From Patescibacteria group bacterium (lineage in GTDB: Bacteria > Patescibacteriota > Patescibacteriia > UBA2591 > UBA4787): a stretch of DNA of 64,000 nucleotides. Below the pieces are notes generated by a model. It was not told where the DNA came from. It made no database searches and saw only the letters and a program-made list of their open reading frames with translations. The stretch spans positions 191,067 through 255,066 of the forward strand of contig JAQUSN010000001.1 of NCBI GenBank assembly GCA_028715115.1, written 5' to 3'. Shown here piece by piece: positions 29,683 through 39,782 of the stretch. The position numbers and the translations under genes are program-made. The first letter of the stretch is position 1; each line of letters starts with the position of its first letter.

Positions 29683-29934
29683 ATGCTTAGAGTATTTTTA
29701 GGAATTATTTTGGTTATTATCGGAGCGCTTGCCACCTGGAAGGCCGACTGGATTTATCGTAACATGGGTCCGGTTGAATGGGCGGAAAAACACCTGGGAT
29801 TTGAAGGCGGTACGCGATTATATTACAAGTTACTCGGTATCGCCATAATTTTTCTGGGATTTTTTGTGATTAGTGGTCTGTGGACTGAGCTATTGAATGG
29901 ATTTTTGGGGCTTTTGGGCGTGCCAACAAAATAA
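29683..29934 (+). CDS. small membrane protein
   Basis: 2 TMs, WAEKHLG..GGTRLYYKLLG. Confidence 0.8.
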   Translation: MLRVFLGIILVIIGALATWKADWIYRNMGPVEWAEKHLGFEGGTRLYYKLLGIAIIFLGFFVISGLWTELLNGFLGLLGVPTK

Positions 29935-30008
29935 GGGCCTATAGTTTAATGGTAGAACACCTCATTTGCAATGAGGAAACGGCAGTTCGATTCTGCCTAG
30001 GTCCACCA
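29935..30008 (+). tRNA. tRNA-Ala(TGC)
   Basis: gggcctatagtttaatggtagaaca-cctca-ttTGCaa-tgagg..taggtccacca; G3:U70 pair. Confidence 0.93.
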
Positions 30009-30044
30009 AAAATTAAAATATTAATTTGTATCTACACAATTTTT

Positions 30045-30362
30045 ATGAAAAAAACAGATTATATTAAAGAAAGTTTAATAAGTGGATTTGGCGTTTTGAT
30101 TTATGTTTCAGCTGTGGCGTGGTTAATAACCAGCACAAAGTCAATTTTTGGAGACATTCCTGAGCCCAACTTATTTATTCCTGTTTTTATGTTGCTGCTT
30201 TTTATTATATCAGCAACCGTTGTCGGGCTTTTGATTTTGGGCAAACCAATTTATTTGTATCTTAGTGGCTTGAAAAAAGAGGCGATTTTTTTACTTTTAC
30301 TTACCTTAGGCTGGCTTGTTCTTTTCCTTGTAGCAGCTGCAATTGTATTATTGTTTCAATAA
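30045..30362 (+). CDS. small membrane protein
   Basis: 3 TMs; real start MKKTDY at 30045 (the track ORF extends into the tRNA). Confidence 0.8.
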   Translation: MKKTDYIKESLISGFGVLIYVSAVAWLITSTKSIFGDIPEPNLFIPVFMLLLFIISATVVGLLILGKPIYLYLSGLKKEAIFLLLLTLGWLVLFLVAAAIVLLFQ

Positions 30363-30411
30363 TCTTATTTTAATTCATACCTACAAAGTTTGCCAAAATA
30401 AATTAATTTTT

Positions 30412-30861
30412 ATGGACGTTGTAGAATTTCGTTCAAAAATCAGGCCAAACATAAAATTATTTGCTGACGGAAAAGAGTTTTTTGTCAAAGAAGTAATAAA
30501 ATTTAGGTTTGATGACGGCAGTTATTATGTTAAATGTTTTTTAAGCGACGATTTTGTTTTTGCTGATGACTTAAATGAGAACACGTTTCTTTTGGTAAAA
30601 GAGATAAAAACTACAATTAAACAACCCTTTCCGCTAGAGTTCGATTTTGACGGCAAAAAATTTAAATTCCTTTTCAACGCTCATGCTGTTGCCGAAGAAA
30701 TACAAGGCGAAGAAATTTTTAAAAAGGGTGACAGCGAAAAATTCTGGGATTTTAAAGCAGAAGATAATGGTTATTTAAGCTTGGGAGTAAATGATAATAC
30801 GGGAGAAAGATTAGATTTTTACGGAAAGATTGTTCAAAATAATACCGTTAAGTGCGAATAA
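30412..30861 (+). CDS. hypothetical protein (DUF4178-like)
   Basis: 149-aa ORF from MDVVEFRSK; aromatic/acidic composition. Confidence 0.7.
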   Translation: MDVVEFRSKIRPNIKLFADGKEFFVKEVIKFRFDDGSYYVKCFLSDDFVFADDLNENTFLLVKEIKTTIKQPFPLEFDFDGKKFKFLFNAHAVAEEIQGEEIFKKGDSEKFWDFKAEDNGYLSLGVNDNTGERLDFYGKIVQNNTVKCE

Positions 30862-30939
30862 AATAAAATTTTATAATCAAGAATATAATATCCACAATTT
30901 TCATTCCCTAATATTTGTTTTGTGCTATTATTAATTCGT

Positions 30940-31506
30940 ATGGAAAACCTAGATCCAACAAAAGTTCCTGGAGGCAATGAGTTGATTAACGCAAAAGATT
31001 TTTTGCGCAAGGTTGGCATTGAAGAGAGAATGAAGGTTGGTGATCTTGGTTGCGGCGCTCGCGGATATTTTTCTTTACAAGCCGCCAAGATGGTGGGCAG
31101 TAAGGGCATTGTTTATGCAGTTGACGTTATGAAGCGGGCCCTTGATAGTGTAATTGGCCACGCGAGAATCTTAGGAATTTATAATATTAAAACCGTTTGG
31201 TCAAACTTAGAACAATACGGCGCTACCAAGATTCCGGCCGGTTCACTTGATGTCAGTATGTTGATTAATGTTTTATTTCAAACCCAGGATGATGTAACTG
31301 TTATCAAAGAAGCCGTTCGTTTACTTAAATCGGGCGGCAAATTAGTGATTTGCGATTGGAAAAGAACAGGAGCCCCGTTTGGTCCGATACCAGAAATGCG
31401 GGTCAAGTTTGATAATTTAACCCAGGTAATCTTAAATGCCGGATTAAAGCTAGAGAAAGAATTTGAAGCCGGTCCTTATCATCTGGCCATGGTTTTTAAA
31501 AAATAA
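30940..31506 (+). CDS. class I SAM-dependent methyltransferase
   Basis: VGDLGCGA..VYAVDV..RLLKSGGKLVICDW. Confidence 0.9.
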   Translation: MENLDPTKVPGGNELINAKDFLRKVGIEERMKVGDLGCGARGYFSLQAAKMVGSKGIVYAVDVMKRALDSVIGHARILGIYNIKTVWSNLEQYGATKIPAGSLDVSMLINVLFQTQDDVTVIKEAVRLLKSGGKLVICDWKRTGAPFGPIPEMRVKFDNLTQVILNAGLKLEKEFEAGPYHLAMVFKK

Positions 31507-31523
31507 TTTTTCATATTTTATAT

Positions 31524-31943
31524 ATGGATCATCTTGAGTTAGGGCAAAGCGGCGAACAAATCGCCGTTTCTTTTTTAAAAAGAAGGGGATATAAAATTTT
31601 AGAGCGCAACTTTCAGGCCTGCCTGTCCGGTAGGCAGGCCGGTCAGCTTGGTGAAATCGACATCATCGCTCAAGATTTTTCAAGCACGCCCAGACTTAAA
31701 AGAATATTTATTAAAAATGTGACCTTAGTTTTTATCGAAGTCAAAACCAAGTCAGATCATAATTTTGGTTTACCAGAAGAGGAATTAACTACTGCTAAAA
31801 AAGAAAAACTTCAGCGCGCCATTCAGCAATATTTCCGGATCAATCATTTGGATAGTCCAAATTGGCGTTTGGATTTAGTGGCTATAGATTTTTGTGACAA
31901 TAAAATTAAGCCAGAAATAAGGCATTATCAAGGATTAAATTAA
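31524..31943 (+). CDS. yraN: YraN family PD-(D/E)XK nuclease carrying an in-frame palindromic insertion
   Basis: LGQSGEQIA..GYKILERNF..GEIDIIA..LVFIEVK..RLDLVAI. Confidence 0.92.
   Translation: MDHLELGQSGEQIAVSFLKRRGYKILERNFQACLSGRQAGQLGEIDIIAQDFSSTPRLKRIFIKNVTLVFIEVKTKSDHNFGLPEEELTTAKKEKLQRAIQQYFRINHLDSPNWRLDLVAIDFCDNKIKPEIRHYQGLN
31616..31640. repeat. cctgcct..aggcagg palindromic element inside yraN
   Basis: ggcctgcctgtccggtaggcaggcc; related sequence at 55390-55429. Confidence 0.8.
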
Positions 31944-32161
31944 TGAGCCTACTTTTTCCCCAATTTTAATTTGACTTTCATTTTTTTTCTGTTATAATCT
32001 TTATATTAATAAACTAGTCTATTTTAGACTAGTTATTTTTTATTGCCGAGCGAGCGCTGGTAATAGCCCTGAGCGAGTTCGCGAGTCGAAGCGTTACCTC
32101 TAATGTCTCGTCAGTTTATCACAAGGCAATTAAATTAAATTTTTTAAATATTCAAAAATTT

Positions 32162-33493
32162 ATGGCAAATAATGAACCCACAATTTCACAAGCCATTGAT
32201 TTAATTTGTCAGGAAAAAAAGATTTCCCGCGATTTGGTTTTGTCGGCTATCGAGCAGGCCTTGGCCGCCGCTTACCGCCGCGATTATGGTGAAAAAAATC
32301 AAAACATCAAAGTTGAGTTTAACCCGATTGATGGATCAATGCGAGTTTTTGACGTTAAAACCGTAGTTGAAGATTTGCCACCCGAAGAACTGGCCGAAAA
32401 AGAAAACGAAGAAAAAGAGGCAGAAGAAATAAAAAAAACAAAAAAATCCAAAACCAAAAAAATCGAAGCTGAAGAGTCGGTGCCAGTTCAATCAGAAATT
32501 ACCGCCGAAGAAGACGAGGAAGAGAAAAAAAGATTTAACCCTAAAACAGACCTCCAACTATCAGATGCCAAAAAAATAAATAAAAAAATAAAAATTGGCG
32601 AAACCATTACCACTGAATTAAAAATGCCGACTGGATTTGGCCGCGTGGCCGCCCAAACCGCCAAACAGGTTATCGTGCAAAAAATACGTGAAGCCGAACG
32701 ACAAACGGTTTTTGACCGCTATAAAGCGCAAGAGGGCACGGTTATTAACGGTATTATCCAGCGTTATGAAAGAAATATGGTTTTAGTAGAGCTACAAGAC
32801 ACTACTGCGATTTTACCCGCCTCGGAACAGATTATAGAAGAGCGATATATGCCCAATCAAAAATTTAAATTTTATTTACAGGTCGTGCGTCAAACCCCCA
32901 AGGGCCCAGAAATTATCGTTTCGCGCCGACATCCAGAAATTTTAAAAGAATTATTCGTTCAAGAAATTCCAGAGATTACCAATGGCACGGTTGAAATAAA
33001 GGCTATTGCTCGCGAAGCTGGTTCGCGCGCCAAGGTAGCAGTTTTCACTCAAGAAAAGGGTGTTGATCCGGTTGGCGCTTGTATCGGCCAGCGAGGCGTA
33101 CGCATTCAAACAATCATCTCTGAATTAGGCGGTGAAAAAATTGACATTATCGAATGGAGCGAGGATTTGGCAAAATTTATTACTAACGCTTTATCGCCGG
33201 CCAAAGTTCAATCAATCGAAATTGACGAAAAAAACAAAAAAGCAATAGTTAGAGTAAAAGAAGAAAATCTATCTTTAGCTATCGGCCGCGCCGGACAAAA
33301 CGTGCGTTTGGCTTCTCGCTTAACAGGTTATGAAATAGATGTACAAGTAGCGCCGAAAGAAATTGAAAAAAGCGTAGCTCCAGAAGGAGAAGATGCGAAA
33401 GAAGTAACAGCGGTAGTCGATAATCCAGAAGAAAAAAAGGATTCAGCCGAACCGAAAAAAGAGAAAAAATCTCGCAAGAAAAAAACAGAATAA
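32162..33493 (+). CDS. nusA: transcription termination/antitermination factor NusA
   Basis: FGRVAAQTAKQV, AREAGSRAKVAV, GACIGQRG, AIGRAGQNVRLAS. Confidence 0.98.
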   Translation: MANNEPTISQAIDLICQEKKISRDLVLSAIEQALAAAYRRDYGEKNQNIKVEFNPIDGSMRVFDVKTVVEDLPPEELAEKENEEKEAEEIKKTKKSKTKKIEAEESVPVQSEITAEEDEEEKKRFNPKTDLQLSDAKKINKKIKIGETITTELKMPTGFGRVAAQTAKQVIVQKIREAERQTVFDRYKAQEGTVINGIIQRYERNMVLVELQDTTAILPASEQIIEERYMPNQKFKFYLQVVRQTPKGPEIIVSRRHPEILKELFVQEIPEITNGTVEIKAIAREAGSRAKVAVFTQEKGVDPVGACIGQRGVRIQTIISELGGEKIDIIEWSEDLAKFITNALSPAKVQSIEIDEKNKKAIVRVKEENLSLAIGRAGQNVRLASRLTGYEIDVQVAPKEIEKSVAPEGEDAKEVTAVVDNPEEKKDSAEPKKEKKSRKKKTE

Positions 33494-33545
33494 AATATTT
33501 TAAAAAAGAATCGCAGCGGGGCAATGCCCCGCTGCGTTAAGGTTT

Positions 33546-33803
33546 CTACGTGTGAAGACCGATTGCCTTCTTCTTGAATCGACTTGGCGGCACAAGTTCG
33601 CAGGCCCCGAGGATAACGAACCCGGTCACGATGGCCCCGAAAAAGGCCTTGAGCAAGCGGATTACGACCAGGGCTGTTGTCTGATAGGCGACTGGTGATT
33701 GCCCGAGAAGGGGCACCTTTTTGATGAACATGGCCGAGACCAGCCAGCCAAGCAGTAAGGCTATCGTCAGCACGATTAGCCAGTAGAAAATCAGTCTCTT
33801 CAT
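33546..33803 (-). CDS. GC-rich orphan 2-TM membrane protein
   Basis: GGAGG-atgag-ATG at 33803; TTGACA at about 33859; hairpin cgcagcggggc-aat-gccccgctgcg at 33512-33536. Confidence 0.75.
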   Translation of the reverse strand: MKRLIFYWLIVLTIALLLGWLVSAMFIKKVPLLGQSPVAYQTTALVVIRLLKAFFGAIVTGFVILGACELVPPSRFKKKAIGLHT

Positions 33804-33909
33804 CTCATCCTCCATCGGTTGATATTATCAAGTTTAATTATTTTTTTTGTTTTTGTCAAGATGATTTTCCTTGTCAAAATAAATATTTTATGTTAAGTTA
33901 AAATAACTT

Positions 33910-35181
33910 ATGAATTACACTACTAAAAAATTACCTAAAAATTTATTGGAAATCGAGGTTACCTTAACCGCCGATGAGTTAAAAGAATTTTATCAGCAGG
34001 CCTTGTCTGAGCTGGGAACAACCATAACTGTTTCTGGTTTTAGACCGGGTAAGGCGCCGCTTGATTTGGTTGAACGCCAGGCCGGCCAGAAAAAGGTGCT
34101 AGAGCAGGCGACTGAATTGGCAATTAATAAAAGTTATCGCGATATTATTTTAAAAGAAAAAATTTGGCCCATCGGCGAGCCAAAAGTCGATTTAGTTAAA
34201 TTAGCCCTAGACAATCCTTTTATTTTTAAAATTACTTTAGTTTTAATGCCAAAAGTCAAGCTTGGTGATTATAAAAAAATAAAAACAGAGGCCAAGCCGA
34301 TCAAAATCGATGAAAAACAAGTCGATAGATTTTTAAAAGAATTACAGCAAATGCGCCGTAAAGAAGCGCTGGTCAAACGCCCGGCGCAACTGGGTGATCG
34401 GGCTGAAATTGACTTAGAAATGTTTCTTGATAAGGTTCCATTAGAAAATGGCTCGGCCAAAAACATGTCTGTTGTTTTGGGTGAAGATTTCTACATCCCC
34501 GGGCTTTCTAATCAGTTAATTGGTTTGGAGATTGAGAAAACAAAAGAATTCAATCTGCAATATCCGGCCGAACATTTTGACAAAAAATTAGCCGGCAAGC
34601 AAATTGACTTTAAAGTAAAATTAAATAATCTTTATCAAATAGACTTACCGGAGTTAAATGATGATTTTGCTAAAGGTGTGGGCAAATTCAAGGACCTGGT
34701 CGGACTAAAGGATCAATTGCGGAAAAACTTGGAAGATGAAGCCAAGCGCAAAGAAGAACAACGCCAGGAATTAGAAATTTTAAAACAATTAATCGACAAA
34801 TCACAATTCGAAGAAATCCCCGAGGTTTTAGTGGAAAGTGAGCTGGACAGAATTATCGGCGAACTGCAGGCTACCATTGAAGGACAGGGATTAAAGTTTG
34901 ATGATTATTTGACTCATCTTAAAAAAACCTTACCGGATTTGCGTCGCGAGTTTATTTCTAAGGCCGAAGACAGGGTTAAAACCTCTTTGGCGATTCGCGA
35001 AGTGGCTGAGCAAGAAAAAATAGTCATCTCTGATAAAGAATTAGATGATGAAGTTGAGAAAATGGCCGCTAATTATGCGCAGGAGCCCGATTTGGTCGAG
35101 CATATTAAATCTGCTCGCGGTCGCGATTACTTATATAACATTATATTAAATCGCAGGGTTATTGAATTTTTACGTAAATGA
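33910..35181 (+). CDS. tig: trigger factor
   Basis: GFRPGKAP signature, FKBP-like middle domain, LPELNDDFAK. Confidence 0.97.
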   Translation: MNYTTKKLPKNLLEIEVTLTADELKEFYQQALSELGTTITVSGFRPGKAPLDLVERQAGQKKVLEQATELAINKSYRDIILKEKIWPIGEPKVDLVKLALDNPFIFKITLVLMPKVKLGDYKKIKTEAKPIKIDEKQVDRFLKELQQMRRKEALVKRPAQLGDRAEIDLEMFLDKVPLENGSAKNMSVVLGEDFYIPGLSNQLIGLEIEKTKEFNLQYPAEHFDKKLAGKQIDFKVKLNNLYQIDLPELNDDFAKGVGKFKDLVGLKDQLRKNLEDEAKRKEEQRQELEILKQLIDKSQFEEIPEVLVESELDRIIGELQATIEGQGLKFDDYLTHLKKTLPDLRREFISKAEDRVKTSLAIREVAEQEKIVISDKELDDEVEKMAANYAQEPDLVEHIKSARGRDYLYNIILNRRVIEFLRK

Positions 35182-35186
35182 ATTTT

Positions 35187-35741
35187 ATGAAAATCGTTAT
35201 TATTTCTGACACTCACGACAATTTAACCAACACAGAAAAAGCATTGAAATGGATTAAAAAGCAGGGCATAAATACTTTAATTCATTGTGGCGATTTGTGT
35301 GCGCCGACTTTTTTGACGCAATTTTTAGTTAAAAAATTCACCGGACAGATTCATTTGGTCTACGGCAATGTCGGCGACAAAAAAATGCTGGAGCAACGCG
35401 TGGTTAATTTTCCTAGCGTTAATTATTGCCGTGAATCCGGTTCAATAAAAATAGACGGCAAAAAAATTGCCTTTACTCATCGGCCAGACAAGGCAAAAGA
35501 AATGGCTTTAACAGGAAAGTATGATTTAGTTTTTTATGGCCACACCCACAAACCCTGGGAAGATAAAATAAAAATCAAAGAGAAATCTATTTCAAACGTG
35601 TTGCAAAATAAAAGAAAGACAAAAAAAATCGTGCGTTTGGTTAATCCAGGGACGCTGGCCGGCATGTTTTATCGGGCTAGTTTTGCCCTTTATGACACCA
35701 AAGCTGATAGGTTGGAATTAAAAATTTTGGATAGAATTTAA
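35187..35741 (+). CDS. YfcE-like metallophosphoesterase
   Basis: ISDTHDN, IHCGD, GN, YGHTH, NPG. Confidence 0.92.
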   Translation: MKIVIISDTHDNLTNTEKALKWIKKQGINTLIHCGDLCAPTFLTQFLVKKFTGQIHLVYGNVGDKKMLEQRVVNFPSVNYCRESGSIKIDGKKIAFTHRPDKAKEMALTGKYDLVFYGHTHKPWEDKIKIKEKSISNVLQNKRKTKKIVRLVNPGTLAGMFYRASFALYDTKADRLELKILDRI

Positions 35742-36017
35742 ATTAAAAAAAATTTAAAAAATAAGAGATCGCTCGTTGATCTTTTATTTTAGTTATAAAG
35801 ATTTGGCATGGCCACGTGGCTGTGCCGATCTCCGCTTTAGGCACCCTGGAGGATTAGTCCAGATCCAGAGAGGGCTTTGTATTGAGGGGGTTAACTGGTC
35901 GGGGCTAGTCGGAAGGATCGGGACACCAACATTTTAAGATAATGTTAGGTGGATATTCCTTGTCAAAAAAGTTCAATCTGCTATCATTCTAATTAAGATT
36001 CTTTACTAATTTATTTT

Positions 36018-37640
36018 ATGCACAAAAATAAACTTTGGACCAATTTCGTTCTAATTTTGATTTTAACGATTTTTGCTTTATTGATTGATATACCCCGTTT
36101 GCCAAGTTGGTTTCCGCTTCACGGGTGGTTTACCGATCAAAAAGTTCACCTCGGTCTAGACCTACAAGGTGGCACGCAGTTAACCTATCAAACCAATACT
36201 TCTGATTTGCCGGCTGATCAACGAGCTGCGGCGGTCGAGGGTGCGCGAGATGTTATTGAACGGCGCGTTAATGTTTTCGGCGTTTCGGAGCCGTTAGTAC
36301 AAACGGCCAAGTCCGGAGACGAGTGGAGAATTATTATCGAGTTGCCCGGCATTAAAAATGTTAACGAAGCCATTAAAATGATCGGCGAAACTCCGACATT
36401 AGAATTTAAAGAAGAGGCGCCAGCCAAGGTTTTGACTGATCAAGAAAAAAAGGAAATTGCCCAATATAATATTAATGCCCAAAAAAAAGCATCGGATGTT
36501 TTAGCTAAGGCGCTAAAGCCGGGCGCTGATTTTGCCGCTTTAGCCAATCAATACTCAGACGACCCCGGCACTCAAGGGCAAGGCGGCGATCTGGGTTGGT
36601 TTAGCCGCGGCGTAATGGTTAAGGAATTCGAAGATGCCGCTTTTACTTTAAAGAAAGGACAGATTGCTAAGACATTAACTAAAACAGAATTTGGTTATCA
36701 TATTATTAAAAAAACCGATGAGCGAACCACCGATGATGCTAAAGAAGAAATTCGCGCTAGCCATATTTTGATTAAAACTGAATCAGAGGCTGCCATTGCT
36801 GCTGGTGGCGGTTGGGCCTACACGGGCTTAACTGGTAAGCAGTTGAAAAGCGCGACCATGACCTTTAATCCGCAAACTAGTGAACCGGAAATTTCTCTGG
36901 AATTTAACGCCGAGGGCGCGAAATTATTTGCCGACATTACTGCTCGCAACGTTGATAAGCCCGTTGCTATATTTTTAGACGGCTATGCGATTAGTATTCC
37001 GACTGTTAAAGAAGCAATTACGAGCGGCAAGGCAGTGATTAGCGGCAAGTTTGGCGTTCAAGAAGCTAAAGACTTAGCGCAACGCTTATCAGCCGGCGCC
37101 TTACCCGTACCGATTAAACTAATTAGTCAAGAAAGCATTGGACCGAGCTTGGGTCAAATTGCTGTGCAAAAAAGCATTGTTGCTGGCGTGATTGGCTTTC
37201 TGGCTGTAGTTATTTTTATGGTGGTTTTTTACGGTCTGAACGGATTAATCGCTTCTTTGGCGTTGTTGATTTATGCTTTAATAAACTTGGCATTATATAA
37301 ATTAATTCCCGTAACCTTGACGCTGGCTGGCATTGCTGGTTTTATTCTGTCGATCGGTATGGCCGTTGATGCCAATGTTTTGATTTTTGAACGCATTAAA
37401 GATGAGCGCCGTTTAGGTAAAACCGGCACAACCGTCATCGATGATGGCTTCCGCCATGCCTGGACCGCTATTCGTGACAGTAATATTACTACCTTAATTG
37501 CCTGTTTCATTTTATATGAATTTGGCACCGGCTTAGTCCGAGGCTTTGGCTTGACCCTGGGCATCGGAGTTCTGCTCAGCATGTTCAGCGCCATTACAGT
37601 GACCCGAGTAATTTTAAAATTATTCGTTTATAAAAAGTAA
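36018..37640 (+). CDS. secD: protein translocase subunit SecD with an inserted parvulin PPIase domain
   Basis: [41 protein letters not shown]; internal GGDLGWF..EFEDAAF..GYHIIK..ASHILIK. Confidence 0.96.
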   Translation: MHKNKLWTNFVLILILTIFALLIDIPRLPSWFPLHGWFTDQKVHLGLDLQGGTQLTYQTNTSDLPADQRAAAVEGARDVIERRVNVFGVSEPLVQTAKSGDEWRIIIELPGIKNVNEAIKMIGETPTLEFKEEAPAKVLTDQEKKEIAQYNINAQKKASDVLAKALKPGADFAALANQYSDDPGTQGQGGDLGWFSRGVMVKEFEDAAFTLKKGQIAKTLTKTEFGYHIIKKTDERTTDDAKEEIRASHILIKTESEAAIAAGGGWAYTGLTGKQLKSATMTFNPQTSEPEISLEFNAEGAKLFADITARNVDKPVAIFLDGYAISIPTVKEAITSGKAVISGKFGVQEAKDLAQRLSAGALPVPIKLISQESIGPSLGQIAVQKSIVAGVIGFLAVVIFMVVFYGLNGLIASLALLIYALINLALYKLIPVTLTLAGIAGFILSIGMAVDANVLIFERIKDERRLGKTGTTVIDDGFRHAWTAIRDSNITTLIACFILYEFGTGLVRGFGLTLGIGVLLSMFSAITVTRVILKLFVYKK

Positions 37641-37710
37641 TTTTCTAATTTCTATTTTCTAAATTTCCCGCTGAAGGCGGGTCAGCCTCGGGCTGATAAT
37701 TCATAACCTT

Positions 37711-38586
37711 ATGTATAACATTGTTGGTAAAAATAAAATTCTTTTAAGTATTTCTGCTGTTTTGGTCGGCGCTTCAATTTTGGCCTTAACTCTTTGGGGA
37801 CTAAAACCGGGCATCGATTTTACCGGCGGCACAATCATGGAAATAAATTATACTAACGAGCGGCCAACCGCCACCACGATTAACGAAGAGTTGAAGGGGC
37901 TTAATTTGGGACAAATTGATATTCGTTATAGCGGTGACAATGGCGTAATTTTACGCTTTACTGAAACAAACGAGCAGGTTCACCAGGAAATTTTGCAAAA
38001 ATTAGGGCAGCCCGAAGAGACTCGTTATGAGTCTATCGGTCCGACTATCGGCAAAGAGTTGACCGGCAAGGCTACTTGGGCCGTAGTTTTGGTTTTGGCG
38101 GCGATTTTATTATACTTGGTTTGGGCTTTTCGGCGCTTATCGCGAGTTGTTAAGAAGGGAGAGTCGTGGCGTTATGGCGCTGGCGCAATGTTAGCCCTAT
38201 TCCATGACGTTATTGTTATGCTTGGCTTATTCGCCGTCTTGGGGCACTTTCGTGGTACAGAAATTAATTCGACTTTTATTGTGGCCATTTTGACAGTCTT
38301 GGGTTATTCGGTTAATGACACGATCGTGATTTATGATCGTGTTAGAGAAAATTTATTAGTTGACGGCTGGCGGGATTTTAGAAATACGGTTAATCGTAGT
38401 TTAAATGAAACCATTGTCCGATCGCTCGGCACGACCGTTACTGTAATCGTTGCCATTTTAGCGGTATATTTGTTTGGCGGTGAATCAACTAGAGATTTTA
38501 TCCTTGCCATGATAGCTGGTGTAGCGACCGGCGCTTGGTCTACGATAGCTATTGCCTGCCCATTCCTATTATTAAAAAGGAAATAA
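37711..38586 (+). CDS. secF: protein translocase subunit SecF
   Basis: GIDFTGG, IGPTIG, GYSVNDTIVIYDRVRE. Confidence 0.97.
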   Translation: MYNIVGKNKILLSISAVLVGASILALTLWGLKPGIDFTGGTIMEINYTNERPTATTINEELKGLNLGQIDIRYSGDNGVILRFTETNEQVHQEILQKLGQPEETRYESIGPTIGKELTGKATWAVVLVLAAILLYLVWAFRRLSRVVKKGESWRYGAGAMLALFHDVIVMLGLFAVLGHFRGTEINSTFIVAILTVLGYSVNDTIVIYDRVRENLLVDGWRDFRNTVNRSLNETIVRSLGTTVTVIVAILAVYLFGGESTRDFILAMIAGVATGAWSTIAIACPFLLLKRK

Positions 38587-38625
38587 CGTTTAGAAGATTA
38601 TTAATTAGTATATAGGCATTGATTT

Positions 38626-39729
38626 ATGAAAGTTGCTTTGGTCCATGATTTTCTAACGCAGTACGGCGGAGCAGAAAAAGTTTTAGAAGTTTTACATGAA
38701 GTATGGCCGGACGCTCCGGTCTATACTTTATTTTACGACAAAAATGGTTTTGGCGATAAATTCAAGGGTTGGGATATTAGAGTTTCGCCGATTCAAAATT
38801 TACCCTTTGGCGTCAGTCATTATCGCTGGTATCTGGGTCTAATGCCCATGGCCATTGAACGCTTTGATTTAAGGGGATATGATTTAGTCATTTCGGCCGC
38901 CTCGGGCTGTGCAAAAGGAATTTTAACGCATAAAAATACCAAACATTTTTCTTATTGTTATAGCCCGACCCGTTATTTGTGGAGCGATGCTTATGATTAT
39001 TTAAATGGTCTCCGCTCTGGCGAGAAAATTTTTAGAAAGTTATTGCCGCCGCTTCTGACTTATTTGCGCAATTGGGACTATTTGGCTGCCCAGCGAGCCG
39101 ACAAAATTATTGCTATTTCTGATTTTATAAAAAAACGTATTAAAAAATACTATCATCGCGAAGCTGATGCGATTATTTATCCTCCAGTTGAGGTGAATCA
39201 ATTTTATATCTCGCCCGAAATCGGCGACTACTATTTATTGGTTTCGCGTCTGCGCCCTTATAAAAAAATCGATCTGGCCATTCAGGCTTTTAATAAATTA
39301 AAAATACCCTTGAAAATCATCGGGACCGGGCAAGACGCTTCGCTTAAAAAAATAGCCGGACCGTTTATTGAATTTTTAGGTTCGGTCGACGAAGAAACCA
39401 AGGCCAAGTATTTGAGCCATTGTAAGGCCTTGATTTTTCCTCAAGAAGAAGATTTCGGCATAGTGCCGGTTGAAGCCATGGCTTCCGGCCGTCCAGTCAT
39501 TGCTTATCGAGCTGGCGGCGCCTTGGAAATAGTCGAAGAGGGCAAAACAGGAATGTTTTCTAACGAACAAACTTGGGAGAACTTGGCCGAGACAGTCATA
39601 AAATTTAATCCGGAAAATTTTGATCCTAAATATATTCGTAGCCAAGCTGAAAAATTTTCCAAAGAACGCTTTAAAAAAGAACTATTATTATTTCTTCGCG
39701 AGAACGCCCCAAATTTATTTGAGAAATGA
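38626..39729 (+). CDS. GT4 family glycosyltransferase
   Basis: VALVHDFL..GGAEKV, EDFGIVPVEAMASG. Confidence 0.93.
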   Translation: MKVALVHDFLTQYGGAEKVLEVLHEVWPDAPVYTLFYDKNGFGDKFKGWDIRVSPIQNLPFGVSHYRWYLGLMPMAIERFDLRGYDLVISAASGCAKGILTHKNTKHFSYCYSPTRYLWSDAYDYLNGLRSGEKIFRKLLPPLLTYLRNWDYLAAQRADKIIAISDFIKKRIKKYYHREADAIIYPPVEVNQFYISPEIGDYYLLVSRLRPYKKIDLAIQAFNKLKIPLKIIGTGQDASLKKIAGPFIEFLGSVDEETKAKYLSHCKALIFPQEEDFGIVPVEAMASGRPVIAYRAGGALEIVEEGKTGMFSNEQTWENLAETVIKFNPENFDPKYIRSQAEKFSKERFKKELLLFLRENAPNLFEK

Positions 39730-39782
39730 ATCGCGGTTAGAAATAATAACCCCGCGGGGTTACAAAAAATAATTAAAGAAGA

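Noticed and set aside
32390-32600. Low-complexity Glu/Lys-rich stretch in nusA
   Set aside because: An in-frame disordered loop without a defined repeat unit; no sign of a mobile insert or intein motifs.
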